The notes: generated from the sequence alone by a model not told the origin. A stretch of DNA of 64,000 nt from the human T2T-CHM13v2.0 reference genome, Homo sapiens (GCF_009914755.1 NC_060935.1), one strand, 5' to 3'; shown: positions 10,701 through 23,662, numbered from the stretch's first letter. Made by a program: numbers and translations.

Positions 10701-13351
10701 TACATCTGATCACTTGGCCATATTATGGAAACTCTTACTTCCACCACCAGCCATGAGTTCAGACGCCCCCGGGAGTTTTAATCTAAAAACTCAGTCATCC
10801 TGTTCTTCCTGCTTTGTCAGCTTTTGTGGAGAGTTTTCCCTTCTTCCCATTAGCAGAAATTTGGTTCACGCCGTTAGACAGTAGCACATTGTTTCCAAAC
10901 TGCATATCAAGGCTGAAACACAATCTTCAGGTCCTGCAGCCATTCGTAAACCTCTTGAGCTTTGCTCTTGTGTAGAACGTACAATGTCTGCAGAGTCCCG
11001 TGACTGAATGACAGCCTTTGAATGCCATTGTTATGTGCTCATACAGAGAGATGTACATAGAGGCACATACACAGATGGTGGACATAGCGGTTGTAGTAAT
11101 GCGCACTGCTGGCTATGTTTCTTTAAAATGGGCTTAAGAATTTCCCCACAACTGAATATAAAGTATAATAAGAAAATTGTACGTGCTTTTAGAATTTGAC
11201 CATGGTTTGCATTACTTATAAACGAGTCAGGAAAAGGAAGAGCTACAGGGGCAGTTTTCTAAGGGCTGTGCTCGTAGGGTACGAGCATGTAGCTAGCACA
11301 GGCCAAACATTCTGAAACCAAAACTGAAAATGAGAAATTATTCTTCAGAGGGGTTTCCAGTTTGCGTCTTACCACAATTGCATACTGAATTAAGAACAAT
11401 TTAAAAACTCATTGGGGATATGAAAATTCATGAGATCATCAGCCTCTACTGTATTAAGAGGTGAAAAAGCAAGAGGACAGGTAGACTTGAAAATAATAAA
11501 ATGGAGAGGGGAGAGAAGGGGCACAGAGAGAAAGAGAGAGAGACGGAGACAGAGAGACCTCAAACCCAGAGGAAGCCAGCTGACTGCAGTGCAGCAAAAG
11601 CACAAGCACTATTCCAGACCATGGGCATGCTGTCACCCGACCCCTCACATTGGGGAGGAGGGTGGGGAAGGGGAGAGGGGACACACAGGGCAGAAGGAAC
11701 AAGGCACAAGACACAGAAGCGCCCACATATGAACAAACGAAAACCATCACACGCACCCACACATCAAGAACATAATGACTACACCATCCGTGCGTTAAAT
11801 CACTCATGCATTTCTCAGACCATGTGGTATCAGGATTTGGCAGAGTGTTTTTTGCATTGCTCAACATGCACACATAACACAGGATTCTTCCTGTCCAGGC
11901 CTTAAGGATGAGCTCCAAAAACACAAATGCTCAAGATCCTTATTCAAAGAAGATCCCTTGTGTCAGCCTAGTCTAAAAATCCCATTCTTAACACTCACAT
12001 TTATCTTTACTATCAGTTAAATCCTTAAAAGCACATTGTGGCTGATTGTTGTTTGGCTTTCTTTTTGGAGAAAATCCACTTGATTTTGAATCATGCCCAT
12101 GCACTTCTAACCTTCCAATACATGCTTATTCCAATCAGATATTGGTAAGAACAAATGGTCAACATACATAAACAACTGGTATAAACTTCATACATACTCT
12201 AGCAAAACAAGCTTGAATAAAATATTTTAATGAGTCTTCAAAGGGAAAGCTTTAAAAATTTTTATTTTTTCTTTTCCTTTTTATAAAAACACAGAAATAT
12301 AGAAGGAAATCCAGTATGAAAACTTTTAAGACCAAATAAGATGCCCATAGCTGATTGACTTAATGTCTTGTCATTTAAGTTGCTAAGTTATCAAACCTTT
12401 CAACATTTCTAGGCCCAGATCACCACAACAAACATCTCGAGATTATTCTCAAATGAATCTAAGTCAAATGGTTGCTGTAATGAAGAAGTTGGGTTTTCAG
12501 CTACAATTCATTAGAATAAAATCAGTTCTGTATCATCATCTCTTTGGAAATCTCAGATGTTGCTTTGTAATTTCCACCATGTTCTATTACCTTTTCTATC
12601 CTGACAACTGACCTGGAAGTTTTTCCCCGACATCAAGCAAAATTTTAGATATTATCTGGCTTTCATTACAGCTTCTTTGCTGTGGGTTAAAGAGTATGCT
12701 CTTTAAAACAGTGGCTGGAGCCCTTTGTGAAGATGCTACGAGGATTTTGGACAAGGTAAAGAATGTATTTATAAGTGTATTATACAGGGATCAGCCTAGA
12801 TTATCTATCACTTTTCTATCCCTCTGCCATTAAGAAGTCAAATTCCAAGTATATATATACAAAATACAATAAATCCCTTGGCTCTAGGTGTATTCTTCAT
12901 GCACTGCTAGTCAATAACATCCTACTGAGGTTTCACCAACTTGAACATCGTCTCCAAACTAATAGGAAGGCAGTTGCTTCTCACAGTACACAAACACCTC
13001 TATTACCTGCCACAGAAATGCTATAAAGTCCCATTCCAAGTGTCTCTTCCTTATACCACAAAAAGAGATCACCTTCTCTTTCTCTCTCTCCAGGGAAAGA
13101 CCCGATTAAAACTAGTACTCTAAAATCAGGATCAGCCTGTAAGTTAACTTCTTATTTTTCAGATTAGGGGACAAATTTCCTACTTCGAATAGCCTATCCA
13201 ACTCTGAGACCTACATCCACTAGAGTCACATTAAGAACATGAATTTTATTGAAGGGACCTAGAAAATAGAATTCTGGAGCTTTAGGAGACAAATGGTCAA
13301 TATTTCTTCAAGGATCTCACAGAATTTAGGAATTGTATGGTTACATTATAT

Positions 13352-13585
13352 CAGGGGTGTCCAATCTTTTAGCTTCCCTGGACCACATTGGAAGAAGAAT
13401 TGTCTTGGGCCACACATTAAATACACTAACAATGATAGCTGATGAACTAAAAAAAAAAAAAAAAAAAAAAAAAATCGCAAAACAATCTCACACTGTTTTA
13501 AGAAAGTTTATGAATTTGTGTTGGGCCGCATTCAAAGCCGTCCTGGGCCGCAGGTAGCCCATAGGCTATGGGTTGGATGAGCTTG
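13352..13585 (+). mobile_element. MER30 (hAT-Charlie non-autonomous DNA transposon)
   Basis: caggggtgtccaatctttt...ttgggccgcattcaaagccgtcctgggccgc...ggttggatgagcttg matches the recalled consensus; internal A-run expanded; degenerate 8-bp TSD cattatat/cattttac. Confidence 0.9.
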
Positions 13586-13618
13586 CATTTTACCTTGTAG
13601 TTAATTACAGTAAGCTCA

Positions 13619-13661
13619 AAACTTAAAGTATCTTAAAAAGAAACTTAAGTATCTTAAAAAG
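13619..13661. repeat. Tandem duplication of about 21 bp
   Basis: aaacttaaagtatcttaaaaag followed by aaacttaagtatcttaaaaag. Confidence 0.9.
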
Positions 13662-15265
13662 AATAGAATAAAATCTCTCTAACTACATTAAAATAACCCT
13701 TTGAGAATAATAGATAAAAGTCAGGAGGTGCTCAATTAATGATGAAATCTACAAATAACTGAGCTTAATGGACTGCAATGCCTGAGATGTAGCAAGCACT
13801 ATGGGGCATTACCTTAGAAAGTGGAAGTTTTATACCTAATTGATTTCTCATGACTGTCAGCACACCTAGCCCCTTTAAGTTATTTTATGAACTTTTCCCT
13901 TTGCACCAATGACCAGAAAGGGCAGAAAGAAATAGGAATGGGGTGGGGAAGGATATATTGCTCAGTACCCAAGTTCGTTTTGCTTTCTCAGAATTCGTCA
14001 TAGGAAAGTCAAAAGATGGGGTGACCTGCCAAGCATCAAGGCCTGACCTTCAAGGACAGCTCCTACAGAGCTCAGAGATTTTCCAACTGGTGAGTTATCA
14101 AATGTAGGTCTCTAAGTGAGTCAGTCTGTGCCAGGAAATGTTTCTCTAAAAGTTGAATTAACATGGCAGGGTTGGCTGATCACCTCTTGTCATTTAAATG
14201 ATAGATTTCCACCCTGTACAACAACAGGCAAAGCGATTAAAGTAGGCCCTTTACCAAATAATTCCCTTGGATTCAATTATTAAAATTCAGCCCAGTTTTA
14301 AACTAACATATCTTTTCTAAGCACAGTCTTGTCAGGGCTAGATTTGAGCTAAGTAATAAAGTAATATACAGATGAAACATGATTCTCATTTTCTGATTGG
14401 AGAGACATAGAAAAGTTAATAGACTTATTCCAATCCAGTAAGTCATTGGTGAGATGGGGAAAAAGAGATCATATTTCCTGATGCCCCTCCTGAGCTTTGA
14501 CTCACCCAGTTTTTATCACTTTGTGGTTAAAAACGTATTACTATTTTACCTGCAAGCCACACACACACCAGTAACTTATTTAAAGTCCCAGTTAATGCTG
14601 ATAAAATTGACACATGGTATCATTCTTGGTTTGGAGGAGTTTTCTGCCAAATGTGAGCATAAAGTTATATGAACACATAGAGATTAGGAGTGAACCAGTG
14701 AGGGGTGGTGGGGTACATATGATTAGCAACATAATTAAAGTCATGACCTTTCTAAAGAAGAACAATGACCTTCCTCATCAGAAGCTCACGATTTTAAACA
14801 GGAATCTTCTTCCCTGGTCTACCCTTCCATCTCAACTTTACTAAGTGACACAAATGACTCCTCTTCAAGATTTACCTGGGACTATGGCCTATATATAAAC
14901 AAAGCAACTGGGCCTTTAATTCAGATGTTACAATTTTCCTGCGAATACTCGTTTGTTTGAAGCCCCATGTATTTCAAGGTTTGGTGGAGTTTTGTAAGGA
15001 GGACTCTGTGCCACTGAAACTCCTACAATTCCAGCCACCCAGTGGGGAGAAGGTCTCATCTCAGCTTGCATCCATTGGGTACTGAACTCACAACAGAAAT
15101 GACAAGACTCGACATCTTTTCAAACCTTAAAAAATTATAGTATATTTATGAGGTCAGTCTACTTGAAACATGATTTCCCTTGAAGACTACATTTCTCTTT
15201 TTCCCAGGCTTGCCTTGCCTCTCAGCAGTGCTGAGAAAGTAGATAAACAGTAATGTGATACCAAC

Positions 15266-15298
15266 CGTGAACTGCTGGTTCTGTCGTCGCCGTTGTGT
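15266..15298 (-). CDS. CADM1: CADM1 alternative exon 9 (33 nt): DTTATTEPAVH
   Basis: ccgtctgtag|ACACAACG ... GTTCACG|gttggt; ORF 15222..15470 contains DTTATTEPAVH; matches the known isoform insert; phase 1-1. Confidence 0.96.
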
Positions 15299-17348
15299 CT
15301 ACAGACGGGAACAGAGGATTGGAGGAAGGGAAGAAACAGGAGGAACGGCATGCAAAAAAAGGGAAAATGGAAAAAAAATGGAACAGATAATATATGAGCA
15401 AGCTTTCAAAGAACATCGCGTGACAAGCAATAATAAATGAAAAGCAAAAAGCATTTGAAGTGAGTTGCACTGTTTTAAGACATGCCTTGAGCTCAAAGCT
15501 GCGAGCCAGTGAGGAAAACAGTAAATTCTTTGGTTCTGGGGGTCTTGCCAGGACACATATATTTGCTAGTCAATAGTCAGGTGGACATGCAAAGTGATGA
15601 GAAACACCAGTGCAAACTCAGTGGCTGGTAGATGGCTCTTAAAGCATCAAGGCTCAGGACTGCGACAGAAAAGCTCAGTCGAAAGGCTGGTTAAACAATG
15701 GATTCATAACATTCAAACATTGCCTTTGTTTTAACCCAACCCACCCGGGCACTTGGGCTTCTTGACTGCCAATTAGGCATCACTGACTCAATCACACTTT
15801 TAGGATCCTTTTACTGCTTATGCTCAGATGCCTGTAGATGAATAGACAGGTTTAAGTTTTCCATCCAGTGTATTATTTCAGCATAGTTTAGCCAGAAAGT
15901 TCAATTAACTGGGAGGCCATGGCAATGAACATGTTCAAGGTTTTCACAGATTAGTTTCTATACACACACACACACAAACACACACATCCATTCTTCACTC
16001 TAAAGCTCTTCATGTTAAAATCCAAGAGCAGAAGCCTTTAATGAAAACACCCAAGTTCACACAATCTGCCAAACGCTGCTTCTAATCATATGACATTCCA
16101 AAAATTTAAGTATCCAGCCATCCTTTCGCTCACAATTCAGAACCACGTTCACCATTCTGAGGGGCTGGGAGTCCTGCTTTCATGGCTGGAGTAGGAGAGA
16201 GTGCAGTTTTTTGTTTTTGTTTTTTTCTTTTTCCATTGCTAGATGAACTTGCTGTGGAAGGAAATGTATTTTGTCTTTTTCTTCTTCTATTTCTGATGCT
16301 GTTCAAGTTTTCTCCTTCTTCTACCAGGCTTCTAAGCCAAGCTTGCTGTACTTGCTCCTGTTCACAAGAAATTCCTCCAAGGAGCTCAAGGAATTTTCTC
16401 TTTATTTTTGGCTACAGGGGAAGTGGAATAAATATCTAACAAAATGCAGGGTGACATTCTTTTTCCAGAGTCATTTTATCACCACTCTTCTAGTCAACCT
16501 CATTCCAATGTCAACCCATCTGGCCATACTTTCATTTTGAGTTCTAAACTTCCCAGGCACATTCCTTCTACGACTCATTGCTGGCAAAAAGAAATGGTGA
16601 AACTGAGACAGGAGTTAGTTATCTCTAGTCAAATGGTGGTGGTTGAAGTAAGATTCTGGGTTAAACTGCAAGCAAGCAGTTCACTGTCCTTTTGTAGAAT
16701 GCAGCTATTTAGCTGGCAATTGCTTTCATGAGCTGTGGAGACGCCAAAAGACTTTCTGATTCAACACAGGCAATGTTTAAATGCACTGGAACTTCATATG
16801 AAGCTTTTTTGGGGGGCAAATGAGCCTGGTGCTTCTGATGTATAAATGTGACACATGAATTCACACCGGCATTCCCCTTCAGTTGGCATGCTTTCCAGAG
16901 GATCCTATACCATCAAAAATTAGATCCCTTCTAAGGAGCCAGAATTAACCAGAAGTCTGAAAGGCCAATGCAGCTTAATATTACTGATAGCTTAGTTTCT
17001 GATGAATAGATGAAGGAAAGAGAAACATACAATATACCGCATAAGAACAAAATACTTACAAGTCAAGTCTGTGTGCATAAAATAGCAGTAAAAAACAATA
17101 AACTGTACAGTTGAAACACACTCTGTCACAGATTCTCCTGACACAGATGACACATTTCCTTAGTTGAAACATCCAAGTGCAGCATTAGGTACTTTAAATT
17201 TGAGGGGCAGGATCAAATGCCCATTTGTACAGAAACATTTATATGCATGTTAATACATTTTATAGATAGGCATCGGCTCCTTTCCAAAATTACAAAAAAG
17301 CAATCAACACTCTGGCTCATTATTTTTGTAGTAGCTCTTCTAATGTGC

Positions 17349-17652
<304 letters not shown>

Positions 17653-20600
17653 ATAAGCTTTATTTTCACCAGGTAAATACTTAAGTACAAATGATAGAAG
17701 GGCGGGGGGTGGAGTAAGACCTAAGGGTTAGAGTCATCAAAAATAATATCAGCATTAACCAGTGACCCCAATTTACTGTCTTCCTACATCACAACATCAT
17801 GTCAGCTTTAAGATGAAATTAAACCAAGTGAAGCTAGGCGTCTGCTCCTAGGTGAGTACTAGAAAATAAATGAAGGAAAATCCACAGTGCATCTTGCTTC
17901 CCCGTTCTGGGGATGGGAAATCCATCAACTGCACCCAAAAGGGGAGGAAAGGGGGATGTTGAGAAGAAAAAACACATTCTAAAATGGTTAACAGCAAACA
18001 CATGTTCAAGTCACACACACGATTACTGCAGCTGGAAATGGCAAAACCCGGAGCAGCAACGGGGTAGGAGACTGCAGGAGAAACACAGGCTGGCTACAAA
18101 GTTCAGAGCAAGATTGATGGTGTGTCTGGGGAGTCACTGACTCCATTTCTCTAAGAGCATCTGGTATGCTACTTGAACAGAGGTTATTTTCAAGTAAAGA
18201 ATTAAGAAAACATTCTTTAGAAGTAACTTTGTGCTCCCTGCAGGAGACCACGATGACAGAATCTAATTCTCCTTCATAATTGCGTTATGACTTCATGCAG
18301 AAACCACAGACACCCTGGCTCTGAAGTGAGTGCAACTCTGTGAGGCAGGATTTATTAGGGTATCTTAATCAGAAAACTGGAGAAATGTGCAAACACACCC
18401 TGTGAATCAACTTGTGTGGTGACCATATTGTTGGGTAACATTCTAAGCGTAGAGGCAAAATGCAAATACTAAATTTCAATGTAAGTGATAAATGCTATAA
18501 TCAGCTTGAAAAATGAAAATGTCTAATTGCCCTAACAAAGCCTTTTTAAAACCTCATCTTGCTGCTGCCTTAAAAAAAAAAAATCTTTGAGCTAGCCCAT
18601 GAGAAAAACAGGTCACAAAAAATTGAGCTGGACTTATGGTGGTGTTGGGTTATATAGACATTTAAAAGGCCTAGCTGAGCTACTGTCTCTTAATTTTAAT
18701 TACAAAGAGAGCAAATTTATTATACATTTATATTATATGGCCAAGAAAAAACAATCCCATCTTCTTGAAAACCCATTAAGTGTGTACGGTCTTAACAGTC
18801 ACTCTCTGGCTATTTTATGAGTACAGTCAAACAAGGTATCCAAAGAAGGGCCCAGCAATATTATTTGAAAGATGCACATTCTACTCAAAATTGACTTCTC
18901 TTCTTAGTCTCCTAGTCCTACAGTTTATCAGACCCCATCTTGAATAAATGAAACATCACATACATTTATTGTGGCAGTATATTTACAAAATAAAAAAAGC
19001 TCTGACAATGTGTGAAATTAGAGACACTAGCAATTTAACTAAGTAGCAAAAAAAAAAAAATAATACTGCAGGAGAGGCAGCTGGGCAATATTTAGTTGAA
19101 ACAGTCATGTGTAAGCTCCACTGTGGCACATTCTAATCCTTTCATATGGATTCTCTCCAACTTAGAATTGTTCATTGAGTGTGACAGACTGGGGGTTTAA
19201 AACTAATCCATAAATTGGTCCATGTTCTCAAACACAACGGGTGCCATAAATGAAAATGAAAATCCTAGAACAAAATTAAATTTACAACCTTAAATATTTT
19301 TTCCCCCAATTGATCTGCGGTGCTCCTGCTTTACAATGCGCAGACTGCAAGCCTGCATTTTAGGGTGTGTTTGAGTAAGGTGTACATTAAAAAAATGCAC
19401 GGTGTGATAACCCACAATCTACTCAAAACCAGAGCTTAATTGTAAAAAATTTAAATTCTCTCATTTTTGATTGTCATAAGCCTAAATGAAAGCATACTAA
19501 GCAGTTAGACATATTTTAATACACTTTCTCCCAGTTTATTTTCTTAACTAAAGTCAATAAGAAGCCAATGGGTTTTCTTAATTGAATTCCCCTTCAGTTT
19601 GTGTTATGGAGGTGCTTTAAATCTAGACACTAGGGCAGGCAAGGAATTCCCCTGACAATTTTATTTTCATAGTTGTGCTGTGCTGGCCAATATATATTAA
19701 ATATATGGTGGTTTTTTTTTTTTTCTTCTCTTTCATGTTATTTGAACTCGATCGAAAACAAAAATAACTGCTGGAAAATTAAACTCTGGAATTTATTTTC
19801 TCCTGGTTTCCTGGCTAATTTTCTTTCCATCTATGTTATGTTTTAATCAAACTCCCCTGTCTTAGGGATGGGAGAAGTGGATAGGAACAGAATGAAAACT
19901 AAAAGGCCAAAGTAGGAGAGACAGGATAAAGCTCTCTTCCTTGTTAAAGTCACCTCCCCTGTGAGTGAAGAGATTGTGTGCTACAGAACAGCAGCAACGG
20001 GGGATGATTTTTTTTTTTGGATAAGCAATTTCAAGTTTTGTTAAAAGCTTCTTCAGAATTGTTCACTAGTGCTGTTGTGCCCCTGAGATCTTTTCATTTG
20101 CAAACCAGATGTTCTGCAAAATAATAGGAATCTGTATAGTGGTTTCATTTAACAAGAAAAACAATTCCTATATCATGTTGTGTGTGAATGCTCAGTGGAA
20201 GGGGGTACAGAAAAGAGGAAGGCAGAGGGGAGGGAAGGAAAAGAAGAGGATGTTGCCACGAGGGTAGTGATGGAGACAGGAAAGAGGCTCTCTGTAAGTT
20301 GTAGCACATTTTTAAGTCTTGGCAAATTTTGTGTTAGATATGGGAGGGCTGGGTCCTTCCAGTCAAGTCTTTTATTTTTCACTACCAAGATAGCTGTAAA
20401 CATCACTTTTTAATTCTGGGAAACCTGTATTCACAGTATTATTTGTTTGCATTGTTGATTAGGTCTTTAGTATGAAAACATGTCATATCTTTATCTCCAA
20501 GATTATTTTTAAAATAAAGAGCATAAAGTTATTGAAATTATGATAGAGGCATTAAAAACTTTTCCACTAGCATCACATTTCTCATTCATTTTTTAAAAAA

Positions 20601-21269
20601 TATGGGGTCAGGTGGCCTCCATCACTGTAGTATTCAAGTCTTTTCTCATTCCCTCCTAAATCAATATAGGTCAAAAGCTGGTTAGCTATGTTGTTATTTG
20701 TAACAGGTTTACAATTATCAGGAAAAAAAAATGTAGACACTTAAGACAGTATGAAGAAAAATGGACACATACTTTTTGGAGTAAAAACTTGAAAAGGTGG
20801 CTTATTATGTAAAAGGTGGCTCATGAGTATTTACTAGTGCCCCCAAAATATTCTTGTCACTAGGTATACTGGCATATCAATAACACTTGATGAATATTCC
20901 ATAAATGCTGAATGAAAAATAATCTTAATGAAGTAGATGTCAACTCTAGAAAAAAAGGCAATTTAGTAAACATTCTAGGATGAAGATGTGTATCTCCTAG
21001 CAAGAGTGGCCTAATCTATGCCTGAAACATAAATACATGCAAAATAAACACACATTGAAGATAGATGCTTGAAGTAACATTGGACCTTCATGTGTAACTT
21101 CCAAAATGCCATCCTTTCTTATCCACATTTTGTCCCTTCTTTGATGGCACAGACCAAAGTCCACTGTGACACTCTCCTCAGCATCTGCGGCACCTTCTGC
21201 CTGTGCCACCGAATCACCCCAATTGTACAGTATCTCTTATTGGGTTCCAATGTGTGTAACCTGTTCTCG

Positions 21270-21365
21270 CAACCACATGATAAGGGGTTTAGGGAGTATT
21301 TTGTCTCCATAAGCACTAGCATCGTGCTGTACATATTATGGGCACTCAATATTTGTTGAGTGCAT
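21270..21365 (+). mobile_element. L2 3' end fragment
   Basis: agcactagcatcgtgctgtacat...ggcactcaatatttgttgagtg. Confidence 0.55.
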
Positions 21366-22774
21366 AACTAAAAGCAGACCAGCTCTTGAACCATGCAAAT
21401 ATCAATAGCAAAGAGTAGGAATCATTAGGCTAAGACCCTGGGGAATAGCCAGCTGTATTTGGAGGAAAGCTCTCTATCATCATTTAGATGGTCATGACAT
21501 AGATTCAGTCTTAAGGACAGGTGTGCTTCTTTGCTTTGTACCTAAGGAACTAAAAACATGTGTTCTGGTGTCAAGTTTCCCCACTTGGGCATATTCTATA
21601 CATATCACTGAAGGATAAAGGCTATACCCACCTTCTTTATGTGATCCAATCCACATTACACAAAACAAAAGCTTATGATTTCAGACTATGAAAGCCAAAA
21701 ATAATAATGTGGGCCTGGGGGTAGGAATCATTTGCTACAAGCTATATTGGTTTTTGAGTACTTAGATACCAATAAGAAAAGCCTGGCTATTTTCTTTTCC
21801 TAGGAACACAAAATATTTAATTGGGTACGTACTTTTAAAAGGTGGAAAACTCATTTAGAAATGACCTACTTCATTCTTATGAAAGGATTTTTTAATGTGT
21901 TTCACAATTTGGCCCTATAGCTATTCATTTCTTATTCTAAGGTGGTTTTAATTTTTTAATTTATGACAGTCACATGTCTAGTGTGACCTCCAGGTTGAAC
22001 TCCTCCCAGCCTGAATTTTCTCTGTAAGTTGCTAAGGGTATTTAAAACTGAGTGTGGAGTCCTTTCTATGATATTCCTCATCAAGCATCTAACTCAAGAT
22101 GCAACCAGGTACAAACAAAACAACAGCCACGCTAACTAGGAAGGGAAACACAACATGCTTTCCTGAGATGATTACAGGAAAAAGTTTGATCCAACTGGAA
22201 GACAGGGGCTAATACTATCACAGAAATGGGTAAGTTTATGTACACCTAACACACAAAGTCAACTAATTACAAAGAAAGTTAAAAACAAGACAGAACAAAC
22301 ACTCCCTACTCACTCACACTCCCCCACCTCCTCCCGCCACCCCAGCATGGCATCAGGGTTTTCTTCTATTCTAGTTTTTGACAGGAATCTGTGTGAAGGA
22401 CTCTTACCCGGGGTAATGGCTGGCTGTCTCCACTTTTTCACAAAGGATTCCAGGGACAATTTAAATTATGCAATTTATGCTTCCACATGACAGCATATGT
22501 CTTCATGAATGAAACCACACGGACAATTTGACACAATAAAAAAAAGGAACAGGGGCTTGCCAATAGCAATAGTTGAAACAGAAATATATGGTCAGACTAT
22601 CAATACACAGGAAAGAAAACAGACTCCAAGGAACCTCGTGGCAAATCATAGTGAGGCTCTGAATGGCTCCCAATCTAAAACTGTTTTATAGTTGGAAAAA
22701 AAATTTAATGGTACTATAATGGCTTAATGGTTTTAAAGCCACAACAAGTTGATACGGCAAGTTGACATCAAATA

Positions 22775-23120
22775 CAGATGCTCCTTGACTTTCGATGGGG
22801 CTATGTCCCAATCAACGCACCCTAAGTTGAAAACATTGTAAGCTGGAAATCCATCTGAGACACCTAACCTACCAAACATCACAGCTTAGCATAGCCTCCC
22901 TTAAACATGCACAGGACACTTACATTAGCCTATAGTTGGGTAAAACCATCTAACACAAAGCCTATTTTATAAGGTGTTGAAGATCTTATGGAATTTATTG
23001 AATACTGTACTGAAAGTGAAAGGCTGTATGGGTACGGTTTCTGTTGAATACGTATTGCTTTTGGACCATCCTAAAGTCAAAAAATTGTAAGATGAACCAT
23101 CATAAATCAGGGACTGTTTG
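22775..23120 (+). mobile_element. MER47A-like (TcMar-Tigger non-autonomous DNA transposon)
   Basis: Starts cagatgctccttgact, ends cagggactgtttg, flanked by TA on both sides; internal acctaacctaccaaacatc...cacaaagcctattttat typical. Confidence 0.85.
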
Positions 23121-23617
23121 TATTCCTTTCAGTACTTTAGAGACTACAAAAATTTCTCCCTAGATAAGGCCACATTTAGATGTGTGCCTTCACGTGTAAC
23201 TCTCCAGACCTGCTCCGTGTAGGGTAAGCAGGAGGCAGAAAACGCCCTGTGCTCCCACCCATGAGGGGTATGATTCTGGGTGGGCAAAGCAGAGTCCGAT
23301 TTGGCTTATAATTTTTCTCTCTGAAGGGTCTCCACGATGAAGCTTTAACATGTTTCAAGGAAGTCAGGCGACTCAGAACAGAATGTCAGTCTGCCTTCCT
23401 AACAAGGGGAACAATTTGATTATCCTGGTTACGGAAGATAAAAGATAACACTGGAACACTTCCTTTCGGAGAAATCAGAAATCAACTATGACTTCTCGAG
23501 TTTAAAAATATTTTTCTATTGCATGTGTACATTTTTCTTGTAATGAAACCCTGACCTAGGGAATGGGTTTCAGTTATTGCATTTGACTGGCAGAAAAGAA
23601 ATAGATGACTGTGGACT

Positions 23618-23619
<2 letters not shown>

Positions 23620-23659
<40 letters not shown>
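23620..23659 (+). repeat. T40 mononucleotide run (A40 in pre-mRNA)
   Basis: Direct count. Confidence 0.95.

Positions 23660-23662
<3 letters not shown>

Noticed and set aside
10691-10782. TAG|gtaaga donor with a possible upstream acceptor in intron 9
   Set aside because: Acceptor tract very short; no further support.
11390-11924. Overlapping 100-156 aa ORFs on both strands as a possible nested gene
   Set aside because: Low-complexity GA/CT sequence depleted of stops; no recognisable domain. Only the 11373-11448 segment has splice signals.
16130-16411. Good acceptor (cccctgtag) followed by a 93-codon purine-rich open frame on the minus strand
   Set aside because: The open frame is phase 0; CADM1 enters in phase 1 and stops after 8 codons. 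Low-complexity A/G richness explains the lack of stops.
20173-20292. Ser/Thr/Pro-rich ORF tail resembling a stalk exon (ESLFPVSITTLVATSSS...)
   Set aside because: Poor acceptor tract and no donor; the composition is a by-product of a pyrimidine tract.
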